This document shows positions 17,648 to 25,483 of a stretch of DNA of 28,160 bases, piece by piece (within the stretch, counting starts at the first letter, position 1; each line of letters starts with the position of its first letter). The DNA is from Candidatus Micrarchaeota archaeon (GTDB taxonomy: Archaea; Micrarchaeota; Micrarchaeia; Norongarragalinales; UBA8480). The notes beneath the pieces were generated by a model that was given only the letters and a program-made list of their open reading frames with translations, had not been told where the DNA came from and did not search any database. The DNA is taken from NCBI GenBank assembly GCA_043805855.1, contig JAZDHP010000045.1:1-28160 (forward strand). The letters are read 5' to 3'. A program made the position numbers and the translations under genes.

Positions 17648-18142
17648 ATGAATAGTAAGTTAGAGGCAAGGAAACTGGCTTTTAATAGAATTAGAGATTT
17701 ACCTCTCCACTGTCCAGAATTTTTAACAGATAAAAACTACACTTGCTGGGGAAAACACAGGTTACTTTTTTTGAAGCTAAAAAAATTAAGCTATAGAGTA
17801 CGGTTTCGCGTTTGTTTGTTTAAGTGGTCGGAGTTTGGGCTTCCTAAAAGAATTTACAAATTAGCACCGCAAGATTTAGATAAACACCTTTACCTTGAAG
17901 TTTTTATTAATGATCGTTGGACGGTTCTGGATTGTTCTAATGATTCTAAACTTTCGCACTATAATAAATGGAATGGCAAATCTAATTGTAGATTAGCTGT
18001 GAAGCCAATAAGGATTTTTTCTCCTAGCGAAAGTATAAAAATAGAAAAAGAAATGAGGTGCAATTTTAATTCAATAGTCAAGAAATATAGCGAGTTTTAT
18101 AAGTTACTAAATTTATTCCTTTGTGAACTAAGAGCAAAATAA
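17648..18142 (+). CDS. Transglutaminase-like (Cys-His-Asp) protein
   Basis: TCWGKH, HLYLEV and WTVLD arranged as in the transglutaminase-like superfamily. Confidence 0.7.
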   Translation: MNSKLEARKLAFNRIRDLPLHCPEFLTDKNYTCWGKHRLLFLKLKKLSYRVRFRVCLFKWSEFGLPKRIYKLAPQDLDKHLYLEVFINDRWTVLDCSNDSKLSHYNKWNGKSNCRLAVKPIRIFSPSESIKIEKEMRCNFNSIVKKYSEFYKLLNLFLCELRAK

Positions 18143-18160
18143 AAAATAGCCCCGAGCGGA

Positions 18161-18222
18161 GTTCCGATTTCTTCATGGTTTTCTTTTCCGTGAAGCTTTT
18201 CTTTTGTAAAAAGAAAAGGTTC
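18161..18222 (-). other. tRNA-Gln T-loop intron (59/60), 62 nt
   Basis: TTCG/CGGA helix with bulges AA|G and AC|T. Confidence 0.9.
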
Positions 18223-18243
18223 TTCGAACCGCTGTCCACAGCT

Positions 18244-18303
18244 CTCTCTGAAAAGCGCTCGGCCAGAGGTCTAAAAGGCCTGCGGCCGTAAGCGGCCTTT
18301 TCT
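18244..18303 (-). other. tRNA-Gln canonical intron (37/38), 60 nt
   Basis: Strict BHB: CTCT/AGAG helix, bulges GG|A and AG|A, GAAAAG/CTTTTC outer helix. Confidence 0.93.
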
Positions 18304-18326
18304 CCAGAGGCTGCTATCCTTGACCA

Positions 18327-18386
18327 ACATCTGAACAAGTCGAGTTTCTTTTCCCGACGGCTTTTCTTTCTTAAAGAAAAGGCTCA
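18327..18386 (-). other. tRNA-Gln D-loop intron (15/16), 60 nt
   Basis: GTCT/AGAT helix, bulges AG|T and GT|T, GAGC/GTTC outer helix. Confidence 0.88.
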
Positions 18387-18465
18387 CTAGACGACGGGGC
18401 TATTTAGTATTATTTTGGTAGTTTATGTTTTTATAATTGAGTTGTACTTGTTACTTTGGTGTTTT

Positions 18466-18729
18466 ATGGTTAAAGTTAAGCAAGTTGAAATTACGAACAG
18501 CGAATTAAGCGCACTTGAAAATTTGGTAGTTGCTTGGAATCTCTGTGAGAAGCACAATCGAGAAACTTATGACAAGAGCGACGTTGAAATTTTTAAATTA
18601 CAAAATTCTTGCAAAGCTTGCCAAAATAAAGAAGGGAAAATGAGGAACAAAGCGCTGCATCTCTGGAGCAAACTAATTCACGCGTATGAAATTGCTCGGC
18701 ATGGAAAATGTGGCTGTGAAATAAAATGA
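18466..18729 (+). CDS. Small Cys-containing hypothetical protein
   Basis: ATG ORF with CxxH, CxxC and CxC. Confidence 0.6.
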   Translation: MVKVKQVEITNSELSALENLVVAWNLCEKHNRETYDKSDVEIFKLQNSCKACQNKEGKMRNKALHLWSKLIHAYEIARHGKCGCEIK

Positions 18730-18730
18730 G

Positions 18731-19252
18731 CTACCATGGCACTTTCTTTAATTTCAAGTAGTGTGCGATTTTGTTGAAAGCAATGTGTAGGAGGTAAGTT
18801 AGTGCGACGATTATTACTGCGTCTAGGTGTAGCAAGTTTATTTTGCCACTGTAAGCCGGGTACGCGACGACGAGTGCGATTATTACGAAGAGGATTTTGT
18901 CCATTACTAGGGATTCTGAGCCGCTTTGCATTCCCCTTCTTCGCTTTACGAAGCTTCCAATTAAATCGCCGAGCATTGCGCCGAGTGACAATAAGAAGTA
19001 AATGAGAATTTTGTCGTTTGTTGAAACTGTTGGGAAAATTTGCGGGAATAACAGTGTAATTATTATTCCTGTAACTGTGCCGCCTGCAACTCCGGCGATG
19101 AACCCTTTGATTGTTTTGTTTTGCCCAAATATTCTCTGTTTATCTCCCAATTGTGTTCCGAAATCAATTGGCGTTTTTCCTCTTAGAAGTACTGGCGTAG
19201 CGTTGGCAACGTAGGCTGGTAAAATGAATAGGATTATTTCTAGTGGGTTCAT
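18731..19252 (-). CDS. carS: CDP-archaeol synthase (DUF46)
   Basis: PAYVANATPV, PIDFG, FGQNKT, GAMLGDLIGSFVKRR, C-terminal LKKVPW. Confidence 0.95.
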   Translation of the reverse strand: MNPLEIILFILPAYVANATPVLLRGKTPIDFGTQLGDKQRIFGQNKTIKGFIAGVAGGTVTGIIITLLFPQIFPTVSTNDKILIYFLLSLGAMLGDLIGSFVKRRRGMQSGSESLVMDKILFVIIALVVAYPAYSGKINLLHLDAVIIVALTYLLHIAFNKIAHYLKLKKVPW

Positions 19253-19325
19253 TTGATAACAAGGTTAATATTGTTACTCCGGTTATTTAAACTGTTTTTT
19301 ATAAGGAACGGAGTTAGACCCACTG

Positions 19326-19484
19326 ATGACTATGACTGGAGACGATATTGTACAGAATTGCCGCGAGTGCTTTTTCCAAAACGGCTATGGAATTAAGCTT
19401 AACCCAAATGGAAATATACTAGTTTGTCCACATGATTCTAACCATCGCTATGAAGTTCGCAGCGGTATGTTGGAACGTGTTTAA
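19326..19484 (+). CDS. Small zinc-ribbon protein; not in the ORF track
   Basis: MTMTGDDIVQNCRECFFQNGYGIKLNPNGNILVCPHDSNHRYEVRSGMLERV; TATA-like TTTATAA upstream; ends 3 nt before the next ATG. Confidence 0.75.
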   Translation: MTMTGDDIVQNCRECFFQNGYGIKLNPNGNILVCPHDSNHRYEVRSGMLERV

Positions 19485-19487
19485 ATC

Positions 19488-20054
19488 ATGGGTTTATTTT
19501 CGTTTGGCAAAAAGCCAATTGAACAACTTTTAAAAGAAGGAGTGAAAAACGAAGCTGAGTTAAAACAATTAATCAGCGAAGCTTGCTCAAAAGGTGCAGT
19601 GCATGCTAAGTTTTTCCTAGATGCCCACAGCGTTGAAAAAACAGCAGCTGAAGATTCTCTAATTACGTTAGTTGCGCAGTTAACAAAAGAAAAAGGCGTA
19701 CTTTACTGCAAGGGGATTATTGAACCAACAGTTGAATCTGACGGTTTAAACTCTGCATTCACAACTGTTGATCTAGTTACTACTAACTTTAGAATTATGG
19801 TTTCAATTGCAATGCGCTATGGTCCAACTAGTGTTGAAATAATGGAACCAAATGATAAAGTTGTTGTTCCAGTTGCTGATTGCCAGGGTATTTTGCTAAA
19901 CGCTAGCGACATGTCCCAGTCATTCTCGCGTCACATTATGGAAAATTCAATGAACGAACAGCAACGCGTTACGTTTACTAAACAAATGCAAGCTAAAGCA
20001 GACTACGGAGCAAAGCTAAGAGAAAAAGCTGAAAAAACAGCTTCTAAACCATAA
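19488..20054 (+). CDS. Conserved archaeal hypothetical protein
   Basis: 188 aa with a YGPTSVEIMEP motif; host-like codon usage. Confidence 0.8.
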   Translation: MGLFSFGKKPIEQLLKEGVKNEAELKQLISEACSKGAVHAKFFLDAHSVEKTAAEDSLITLVAQLTKEKGVLYCKGIIEPTVESDGLNSAFTTVDLVTTNFRIMVSIAMRYGPTSVEIMEPNDKVVVPVADCQGILLNASDMSQSFSRHIMENSMNEQQRVTFTKQMQAKADYGAKLREKAEKTASKP

Positions 20055-20057
20055 AGT

Positions 20058-20402
20058 CTAGCAAAGCGGCAAGTGGAGATTCCAAAGGCGTTTAAACGTC
20101 TGACCGTACTTATTTTGACTTGTTATGAAAATTACATCTCCAGTTTGCAATAGCTTGAAGTGAGTTGCAAAGCCCGGGCTATAGTCCCGCATTATTTCCG
20201 TTAACTCTGCATACTTCGGCCGCATTGTTTCTACATGCGTTTCTCCAACGGCGTCATTGTTCCAGAGTTTGTCTCCTCTTTTGTTTTGTTTGTGGTGTTC
20301 GTGAATTGCGTTTATCAACTCGCGCGCCCTACACGGCAAGTCTTCAAAACGCAGCTTATCCCTACACGGCGTTTCTATCACAATTACTGCCCCCCTGTTC
20401 AC
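20058..20402 (-). CDS. Hypothetical protein
   Basis: 114-codon GTG ORF that ends 3 nt from the convergent gene; no motif recognised. Confidence 0.45.
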   Translation of the reverse strand: MNRGAVIVIETPCRDKLRFEDLPCRARELINAIHEHHKQNKRGDKLWNNDAVGETHVETMRPKYAELTEIMRDYSPGFATHFKLLQTGDVIFITSQNKYGQTFKRLWNLHLPLC

Positions 20403-20582
20403 TATAGGAAATGTCTGATTAATAAAGCAAAGTGCCTAGTTTTCGGCATAAAGGGACAAAATTAGGGCGTTTGTTAGTCGTTTGACTGAACTCTGAGGGC
20501 TTTTTTTGTACATTTTCCGTCTATTTCCAGTCGTTTTGCTTATTTAACGAAACAGTGATAAGTTTGAAGGTTAATTTCTGGT

Positions 20583-22166
20583 TTATTTCTTCGTGTACAT
20601 TTCTTCTAGGATGACTCCAAACGCCGGTCGAGTGATGAACACTCCAGCTAGTATTCCAATTATTACTGATAGCGCAAAGCCGCTGATTTCAACCATTCCT
20701 GAAAGAAGTAAAGGTAACATGGCGACTATTGCTACTCCTGCGATTGTAAATATGATTGTAAATGCTTTTCCAATTTTTTCGCGCATGTTGTACTCGGTGC
20801 GTTCATCTTCTTCTTCGCCGTTTGTTTTCTTACGCAGTAGTTCATCTGTAATAATAAGCTGGTCAGCTACTCCGGTTCCAATTAGGGAGATTACTGCTGC
20901 CATTGTTGCTAAGTCAAGTGTACCGATTTTGCCAATTATTGCGGTCAGTATCAAGATTTCACATGCGTTTATCAACACAATTGGGACGCTTAACTTGAGA
21001 TCGCCATAGCGTATAATAATGAAAAATGCAACTACGATAATTGCAAGCAGCGTTGCGATCCAACTATAATTTAGAAATTGCTTGCCTAGTGAAGGTTCAA
21101 TTGAAAATGAGCTGCCTACAAGTGCGCTTACTGGTAACTTCCCGCCGCTGATTACGCTTTTGAGTTGCTTTATCTCGCGCTGTGAATACTCTTCTTGTTC
21201 TTGCTGCGTTGCGCCAACTGCAGTGCCGCTAATTGAATAAAATTGCGATGCAGTGCCGCCGGCAAGCCCTTCTGAAAGCCGCGGTGAAGACAATAGCCCA
21301 ATTGCCTTCCATTCGCTTATCTCACCACTTACTGCGGTTGGCTGCATTTCTAGTTGTGTTTTTACAATTATCTTTTTAGTTGCATTTTCGGCATTTGAAA
21401 AGCCCAACGCTGTTAATTTGCCGCTAATTGCGGTTAATGTTTCTTGAGTGAGTATAATTCTACTTTTGTTTGCAAGTAACGCTGTTGAATTTGACAGCTC
21501 GTCGGCGTATAATAGCAACATGTTGTCATTTTCTTTTACAAGCGCGTCGCTTGCTTGTTTTTCTCCAATTGCCGATAAGTCACCGTGGGTTAGAATCACA
21601 GCTGCATTTTCCGGCCTGTCGAGAAACATGTAAACTGGGTAATTAGCTTTGTTGAGTGCTGCTTTGGCGAATAAATCAGCGCCGCCGCGCGTTACGGTAA
21701 AACTAAGCGACCATTGTGGCACGCCGAGGTTTTCTGGCGTTTGTTCCCCGTTTGCACCGCCAACTGCAACTACGCTTTCTCCTGAAACTGCAATTTTACC
21801 GTCAATAATGCCTTCAAAACGGCCTTGGTCTTGCAAAATTTTCTTTACGCTTGTAATTACCTTTTCATCAGCTTGAGGTATTTCAACTAAAACTTCGTTG
21901 CCCCCAATTGGCCGTACAATTGCTTGTGACATGCCATAACTGTTAATCCTGTTTTTCAAAGTTTCTACAATTGAATCCATTGTAGTTGCGTCAACGTTCT
22001 TCTCAAGCGTAATTGGTATTCGCACCCCGCCGACAAATTCAATTCCTAGCCTTGCGTCGAAAGTTGACGGGTTAGCATCGCTTAGAAACAGTGAAAATAT
22101 AGAAAGGAAAACAACTACTAGTAGCACTTGGATTTTGAAATTTTTAAGTAGTTTAGAATAGTTCAT
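20583..22166 (-). CDS. secD: Protein translocase subunit SecD
   Basis: LGIEFVGGVRI, RIN.YG, large extracellular domain, GKLP, PSLG, GTGVADQLIITDE, FITRPAF. Confidence 0.93.
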   Translation of the reverse strand: MNYSKLLKNFKIQVLLVVVFLSIFSLFLSDANPSTFDARLGIEFVGGVRIPITLEKNVDATTMDSIVETLKNRINSYGMSQAIVRPIGGNEVLVEIPQADEKVITSVKKILQDQGRFEGIIDGKIAVSGESVVAVGGANGEQTPENLGVPQWSLSFTVTRGGADLFAKAALNKANYPVYMFLDRPENAAVILTHGDLSAIGEKQASDALVKENDNMLLLYADELSNSTALLANKSRIILTQETLTAISGKLTALGFSNAENATKKIIVKTQLEMQPTAVSGEISEWKAIGLLSSPRLSEGLAGGTASQFYSISGTAVGATQQEQEEYSQREIKQLKSVISGGKLPVSALVGSSFSIEPSLGKQFLNYSWIATLLAIIVVAFFIIIRYGDLKLSVPIVLINACEILILTAIIGKIGTLDLATMAAVISLIGTGVADQLIITDELLRKKTNGEEEDERTEYNMREKIGKAFTIIFTIAGVAIVAMLPLLLSGMVEISGFALSVIIGILAGVFITRPAFGVILEEMYTKK

Positions 22167-22169
22167 TTT

Positions 22170-23279
22170 TCAAACTCGCGCCTCTTTTTTCTCAGCGTAT
22201 GACAAAATTAACACGGCGTTTAAGCCCCATGTTGCGGCAAAGTCAATAACTCCACCAATCATGGCAACTATTCCAAGTTCAAAGTAAACTGGAATTTGTA
22301 AATATAACCCGGTAAGCGCTAGAACTCCATATGCGCTGATTACAGTTAAGTTCATCAATGAACCGGTTTTAAACGCGCCAAATACCCGTTCTGCGGGTGT
22401 TCCTTCTTTTCTCTTTAACACACGCATCGTAAGCATAATGTCAGTATCAAGAGAAAATCCAATTAACATTAACAACGCTGCAATAGACGCGAGGGACATT
22501 GGAATGTTGAACAAACTCATTGCTCCTAGTGTTATGACAATATCACTAACTGCGCCAACTATAACCGCGGCGCTTGGTACAATACTTCTAAAAACAACGA
22601 AAACTGCAATTGCAGCTAAAATAAAAGAAATTAATAGAACTTCTCGAGATTTGTCAAGGAAAAACTTACTAAGCGCCGGGCCAACTTCTCTAAAGGAGTA
22701 ACTCTTTACATTAACAACGCCTTTCACCGCGTTTATAACTTCATTGCGATAAACATCCTGTTGGTTATTGTAAGCGCCAACAGCTTCTTTTACAGTTAAA
22801 TGCGCTTCAATTGGAGTGTAACTAACCCCAAGTTCTTGAAAAATTACCTTTGCATCTGAAATAATTTCTGCGCTTACTGCGCTTTCCCGCTGTGCAATTG
22901 TAACAGCTTCCTCTGTGGGTACAACAGTCGCGTTTACCTCTAACTCTCTTAGCAAACTATCCTTTGCCTGTAGCGCTTTAATTTTCTCTTCAATTTTAGC
23001 CAGTTTGTCATTTGTTTCAAGTTCAACTTCCAAGCCAGTGCCAACTGGGCTTGCAAAAGTGCGAATGTTAGAAATAGTTGCAACTTTAGCAACTGCAGCG
23101 TGTACCGCAGCTACGTCTACGTTGCCTTGAGCTTGTATTGAGAGTAAAACTCCTCCCTTTAGGTCAACTCCCTGCGGCACGCCGTTGAAAAAGATCAGCC
23201 CAAGAGCTGCAATGAATAAAACTATGGGGATTATTGCGAGTAACTTATAATTTCCAGTGTAAAAATTCGGTAACTTCAT
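22170..23279 (-). CDS. secF: Protein translocase subunit SecF
   Basis: GVDLKGG, EVGPAL, FRSIVPS, LMLIGFSLDTDIMLT, TWGLNA. Confidence 0.93.
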   Translation of the reverse strand: MKLPNFYTGNYKLLAIIPIVLFIAALGLIFFNGVPQGVDLKGGVLLSIQAQGNVDVAAVHAAVAKVATISNIRTFASPVGTGLEVELETNDKLAKIEEKIKALQAKDSLLRELEVNATVVPTEEAVTIAQRESAVSAEIISDAKVIFQELGVSYTPIEAHLTVKEAVGAYNNQQDVYRNEVINAVKGVVNVKSYSFREVGPALSKFFLDKSREVLLISFILAAIAVFVVFRSIVPSAAVIVGAVSDIVITLGAMSLFNIPMSLASIAALLMLIGFSLDTDIMLTMRVLKRKEGTPAERVFGAFKTGSLMNLTVISAYGVLALTGLYLQIPVYFELGIVAMIGGVIDFAATWGLNAVLILSYAEKKEARV

Positions 23280-23339
23280 TCTAAACCACAAAAAACCTAA
23301 AAACAGTACTAAATCCAGCGCGCTGAACTTTAATAACCC

Positions 23340-23442
23340 TTGGCCATGCCTTTCTTTTTTCCAAAAAGAAAGGCCATCAGCACAAGGCAGAGCCTTGTGT
23401 CTGAGTCATAATGCCCTAGGCATTATGCTCAGGCGTGGCCAA
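23340..23442. repeat. Multi-hairpin intergenic element, copy 2
   Basis: TTGGCCATGCCT/AGGCGTGGCCAA closing stem; three internal hairpins; core homologous to 6751-6804. Confidence 0.8.
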
Positions 23443-23513
23443 AGAAAAATCGTTTTAATATGAAATTAAATGCAGGGAGCCCAAGCCAAGGTTAAACCTA
23501 GAAGCTCAAATGT

Positions 23514-23831
23514 TCAGCGGTTGACTCCAAGCGCTTTACATGTAATGCAGTTGTTTTCATATTTCTTGTAACGATAATACTTCAAATGAATGCCGCGTTG
23601 TTTCATCAATTCAAGCAACTCCTTATGCGTCATCATTTTTCCCCGTAGTTCAACGCGCAGCGTTTCAACTTCCTGCAACGCGCAACCCAATTTACTGGAA
23701 ATTACTGAGCCATTTTCCAGTTCTTCAAAATATTTTTCTTCATCCCGCAAAGCATTATTCGGGCTCTCAATGTAATTCCCCAAGTACCAATTAATCGCGC
23801 GGTCAGCTGAAACAACTAGTTTAGAAGCCAT
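23514..23831 (-). CDS. Hypothetical protein with a C-terminal CxxC
   Basis: 105-aa ATG ORF inside the island. Confidence 0.6.
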   Translation of the reverse strand: MASKLVVSADRAINWYLGNYIESPNNALRDEEKYFEELENGSVISSKLGCALQEVETLRVELRGKMMTHKELLELMKQRGIHLKYYRYKKYENNCITCKALGVNR

Positions 23832-23917
23832 GGCAATAACAATATTACGATCAATTTGCGCCTTTTACCCCTTTTGTTAAACTCCACTAATACCGACCGA
23901 TCTACATAACTTATATT

Positions 23918-23947
23918 TAGTTTACTTTAGGGTAAACTATTTAAATA
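23918..23947 (+). promoter_or_regulatory. Inverted-repeat operator abutting the TATA box of the AbiE-like operon
   Basis: TAGTTTAC-N6-GTAAACTA followed by TTTAAATA about 20 nt before the ATG. Confidence 0.55.
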
Positions 23948-23966
23948 TCAATTTCCATAATTTTTC

Positions 23967-24587
23967 ATGGGCAGCGGGTTTACCGGACAGTCACAGCGAA
24001 TAGTCATGTTTCTCTTGCTAAATGCCAGGAAGCCAGTCAGTCAGCTAGCGATAGTTAAGGCAACGAGATTGAGCAAGAGTTTAGTAAGCAGAGTAGTGAG
24101 TTTACTAGTTGCAAAGGGGGTCGTCAAGCGGCCTTATCGTTGCCGGTTTGTGCTTGAATACCCTGAAAAGCTACTTTTGGATTGGATTGGACAACGAAAC
24201 ATTGCGATGAAAAAAGCTTATTTTGCCAAAGACACAAACTTATTGAAAGAAGTAAAGCACTGCCACACTCTTTTGTCTGGTGCTTGGCTTGATTCTGGCT
24301 ACTTGGCAAGTGAATTTATAACTGTTTATGTTGAGCCAAATTTCAAACCAGCGGCTTCCATGAACCTAATTGAAGGTAAAGTTGGCGAGTTAAAGTCGAA
24401 AGTGGTTTTAATCCCAGCTGATGATGAATTTGTATTTTACGGCAAATGGAGCATAAACAACGAAGAAGTTGTAAACCCTTTTCTGCTTTACGTTGACTTA
24501 GCTAGCTTTGGCGGCATTGCGTTTACTGCCTTGCAGCAAGTTAGCGAAAAACACGGCTTCCCGAGTTTATTTGAGGCGAAAAAATAA
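23967..24587 (+). CDS. wHTH protein, AbiEi-like type IV antitoxin
   Basis: N-terminal HTH SQLAIVKATRLSKSLVSRVV..L..KG; LLLDW; C-terminal VVNPFLLYVDL. Confidence 0.75.
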   Translation: MGSGFTGQSQRIVMFLLLNARKPVSQLAIVKATRLSKSLVSRVVSLLVAKGVVKRPYRCRFVLEYPEKLLLDWIGQRNIAMKKAYFAKDTNLLKEVKHCHTLLSGAWLDSGYLASEFITVYVEPNFKPAASMNLIEGKVGELKSKVVLIPADDEFVFYGKWSINNEEVVNPFLLYVDLASFGGIAFTALQQVSEKHGFPSLFEAKK

Positions 24588-24588
24588 T

Positions 24589-25239
24589 ATGGTTGAAGTT
24601 TATGGAAGGGAGATTTGTGAAAAATCTTTCAGGGAAATGGAACGGTTTGTGTTCCATGCTAATCAACTTGGCGAAACGCCCCTATTGTTCGGCGGCTGGG
24701 CAGTTTATCACTACAATCAATACGCTGGAAGCCGCGACGTTGACTTCATTGTAACAGATGAACACTTTGAAGCGCTGGTTGACTTTCTAGTTGCAAATGG
24801 CTATACAAATAAAGAGGTTCGCTTGTTTAAAGACGACATTTTCTTTGACTTATACAAACAAAGCGAAGATATTGGAAGCGAAGCAAACAAACTCCAATTC
24901 AATTTACTTTACAAAGATGCAGAGCGAGTTTACTTGAAACGCTATGGTTCAACCGGCGGAAAAGGAGAAGTGCTAATTCCAAAGATTTCCAATTTGCTTT
25001 TCTTCAAAATCCACGCCTTGGCTAACCGCAGCGTGCCAAAAGACAGAAGCGACGTAACCGCACTAATACTCAAAGCCAATGACGACGACTTAAAAGAACT
25101 TGAACAAATGCTATCGCCAGAACTCAAAACGCGACTCGAAACATTGAGAAACGACCAAGCAACACTAACACTCATAACTACTCCGACACGGCGAAACCTC
25201 AACTCACTGAACAAGAAAATCAAAGAAATAACAAGTTGA
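24589..25239 (+). CDS. Pol-beta-superfamily nucleotidyltransferase, AbiEii-like toxin
   Basis: LFGGWAV...SRDVDF; K..A...R...KDRSDV. Confidence 0.8.
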   Translation: MVEVYGREICEKSFREMERFVFHANQLGETPLLFGGWAVYHYNQYAGSRDVDFIVTDEHFEALVDFLVANGYTNKEVRLFKDDIFFDLYKQSEDIGSEANKLQFNLLYKDAERVYLKRYGSTGGKGEVLIPKISNLLFFKIHALANRSVPKDRSDVTALILKANDDDLKELEQMLSPELKTRLETLRNDQATLTLITTPTRRNLNSLNKKIKEITS

Positions 25240-25285
25240 ACTAAAAATAGCGATTCTTGGTTTAAGCAAGATGCAGGGAGCCGGA

Positions 25286-25347
25286 TTTTCACGGAAAGAA
25301 TTTTTCTTTTCCCACGGACTTTTCTTTTTTGCAAAAAGAAAAGCCGT
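25286..25347 (-). other. tRNA-Leu T-loop intron (59/60), 62 nt
   Basis: TTCA/TGAA helix, bulges AA|A and AA|T; near-identical to the tRNA-Lys T-loop intron. Confidence 0.9.
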
Positions 25348-25378
25348 TTTGAACCGGCGAACTCCTAAGAGACAGGAT

Positions 25379-25439
25379 TTCTCACCCGCAAGTGTTCTTT
25401 TGGGGTTGAAAGACCTTTTCTTTCAAGAAAAGGGCTTTC
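25379..25439 (-). other. tRNA-Leu canonical intron (37/38), 61 nt
   Basis: CTTA/TGAG helix, bulges AG|G and AA|A; two internal hairpins. Confidence 0.9.
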
Positions 25440-25483
25440 CTTAAGTCCTGCGCATTTGACCAGACTTTGCTATCCCTGCATTT

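Larger units (their letters stand above)
18147..18401 (-). tRNA. tRNA-Gln(CTG) with three introns (15/16, 37/38, 59/60)
   Basis: Removing three introns gives a 73-nt cloverleaf AGCCCCG-TC-GTCTAGTGGTCAAGGAT-A-GCAGC-CTCTGGA-GCTGT-GGAC-AGCGG-TTCGAAT-CCGCT-CGGGGCT-A; A1-U72 is typical of archaeal Gln. Confidence 0.95.
23470..25282. mobile_element. Small island at the tRNA-Leu 3' end bounded by a 12-bp direct repeat
   Basis: ATGCAGGGAGCC at 23470-23481 and 25271-25282 (tRNA 3' end); carries a TA-like pair; no integrase. Confidence 0.6.
25272..25479 (-). tRNA. tRNA-Leu(TAA) with two introns (37/38 and 59/60)
   Basis: Removing the introns gives an 85-nt class II cloverleaf GCAGGGA...CAGGA-CTTAAGA-TCCTG, variable arm, GCCGG-TTCAAAT-CCGGC-TCCCTGC-A. 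Confidence 0.95.

Noticed and set aside
18250..18302. Nested intron within the Gln 37/38 intron
   Set aside because: Both internal bulges are 2 nt and on the same strand, so this is not a BHB.
18078..18338. 86-aa minus-strand ORF
   Set aside because: Overlaps the intron-containing tRNA-Gln; spurious.
24942..25334. 130-aa minus-strand ORF
   Set aside because: Antisense to the nucleotidyltransferase and starts inside a tRNA intron.
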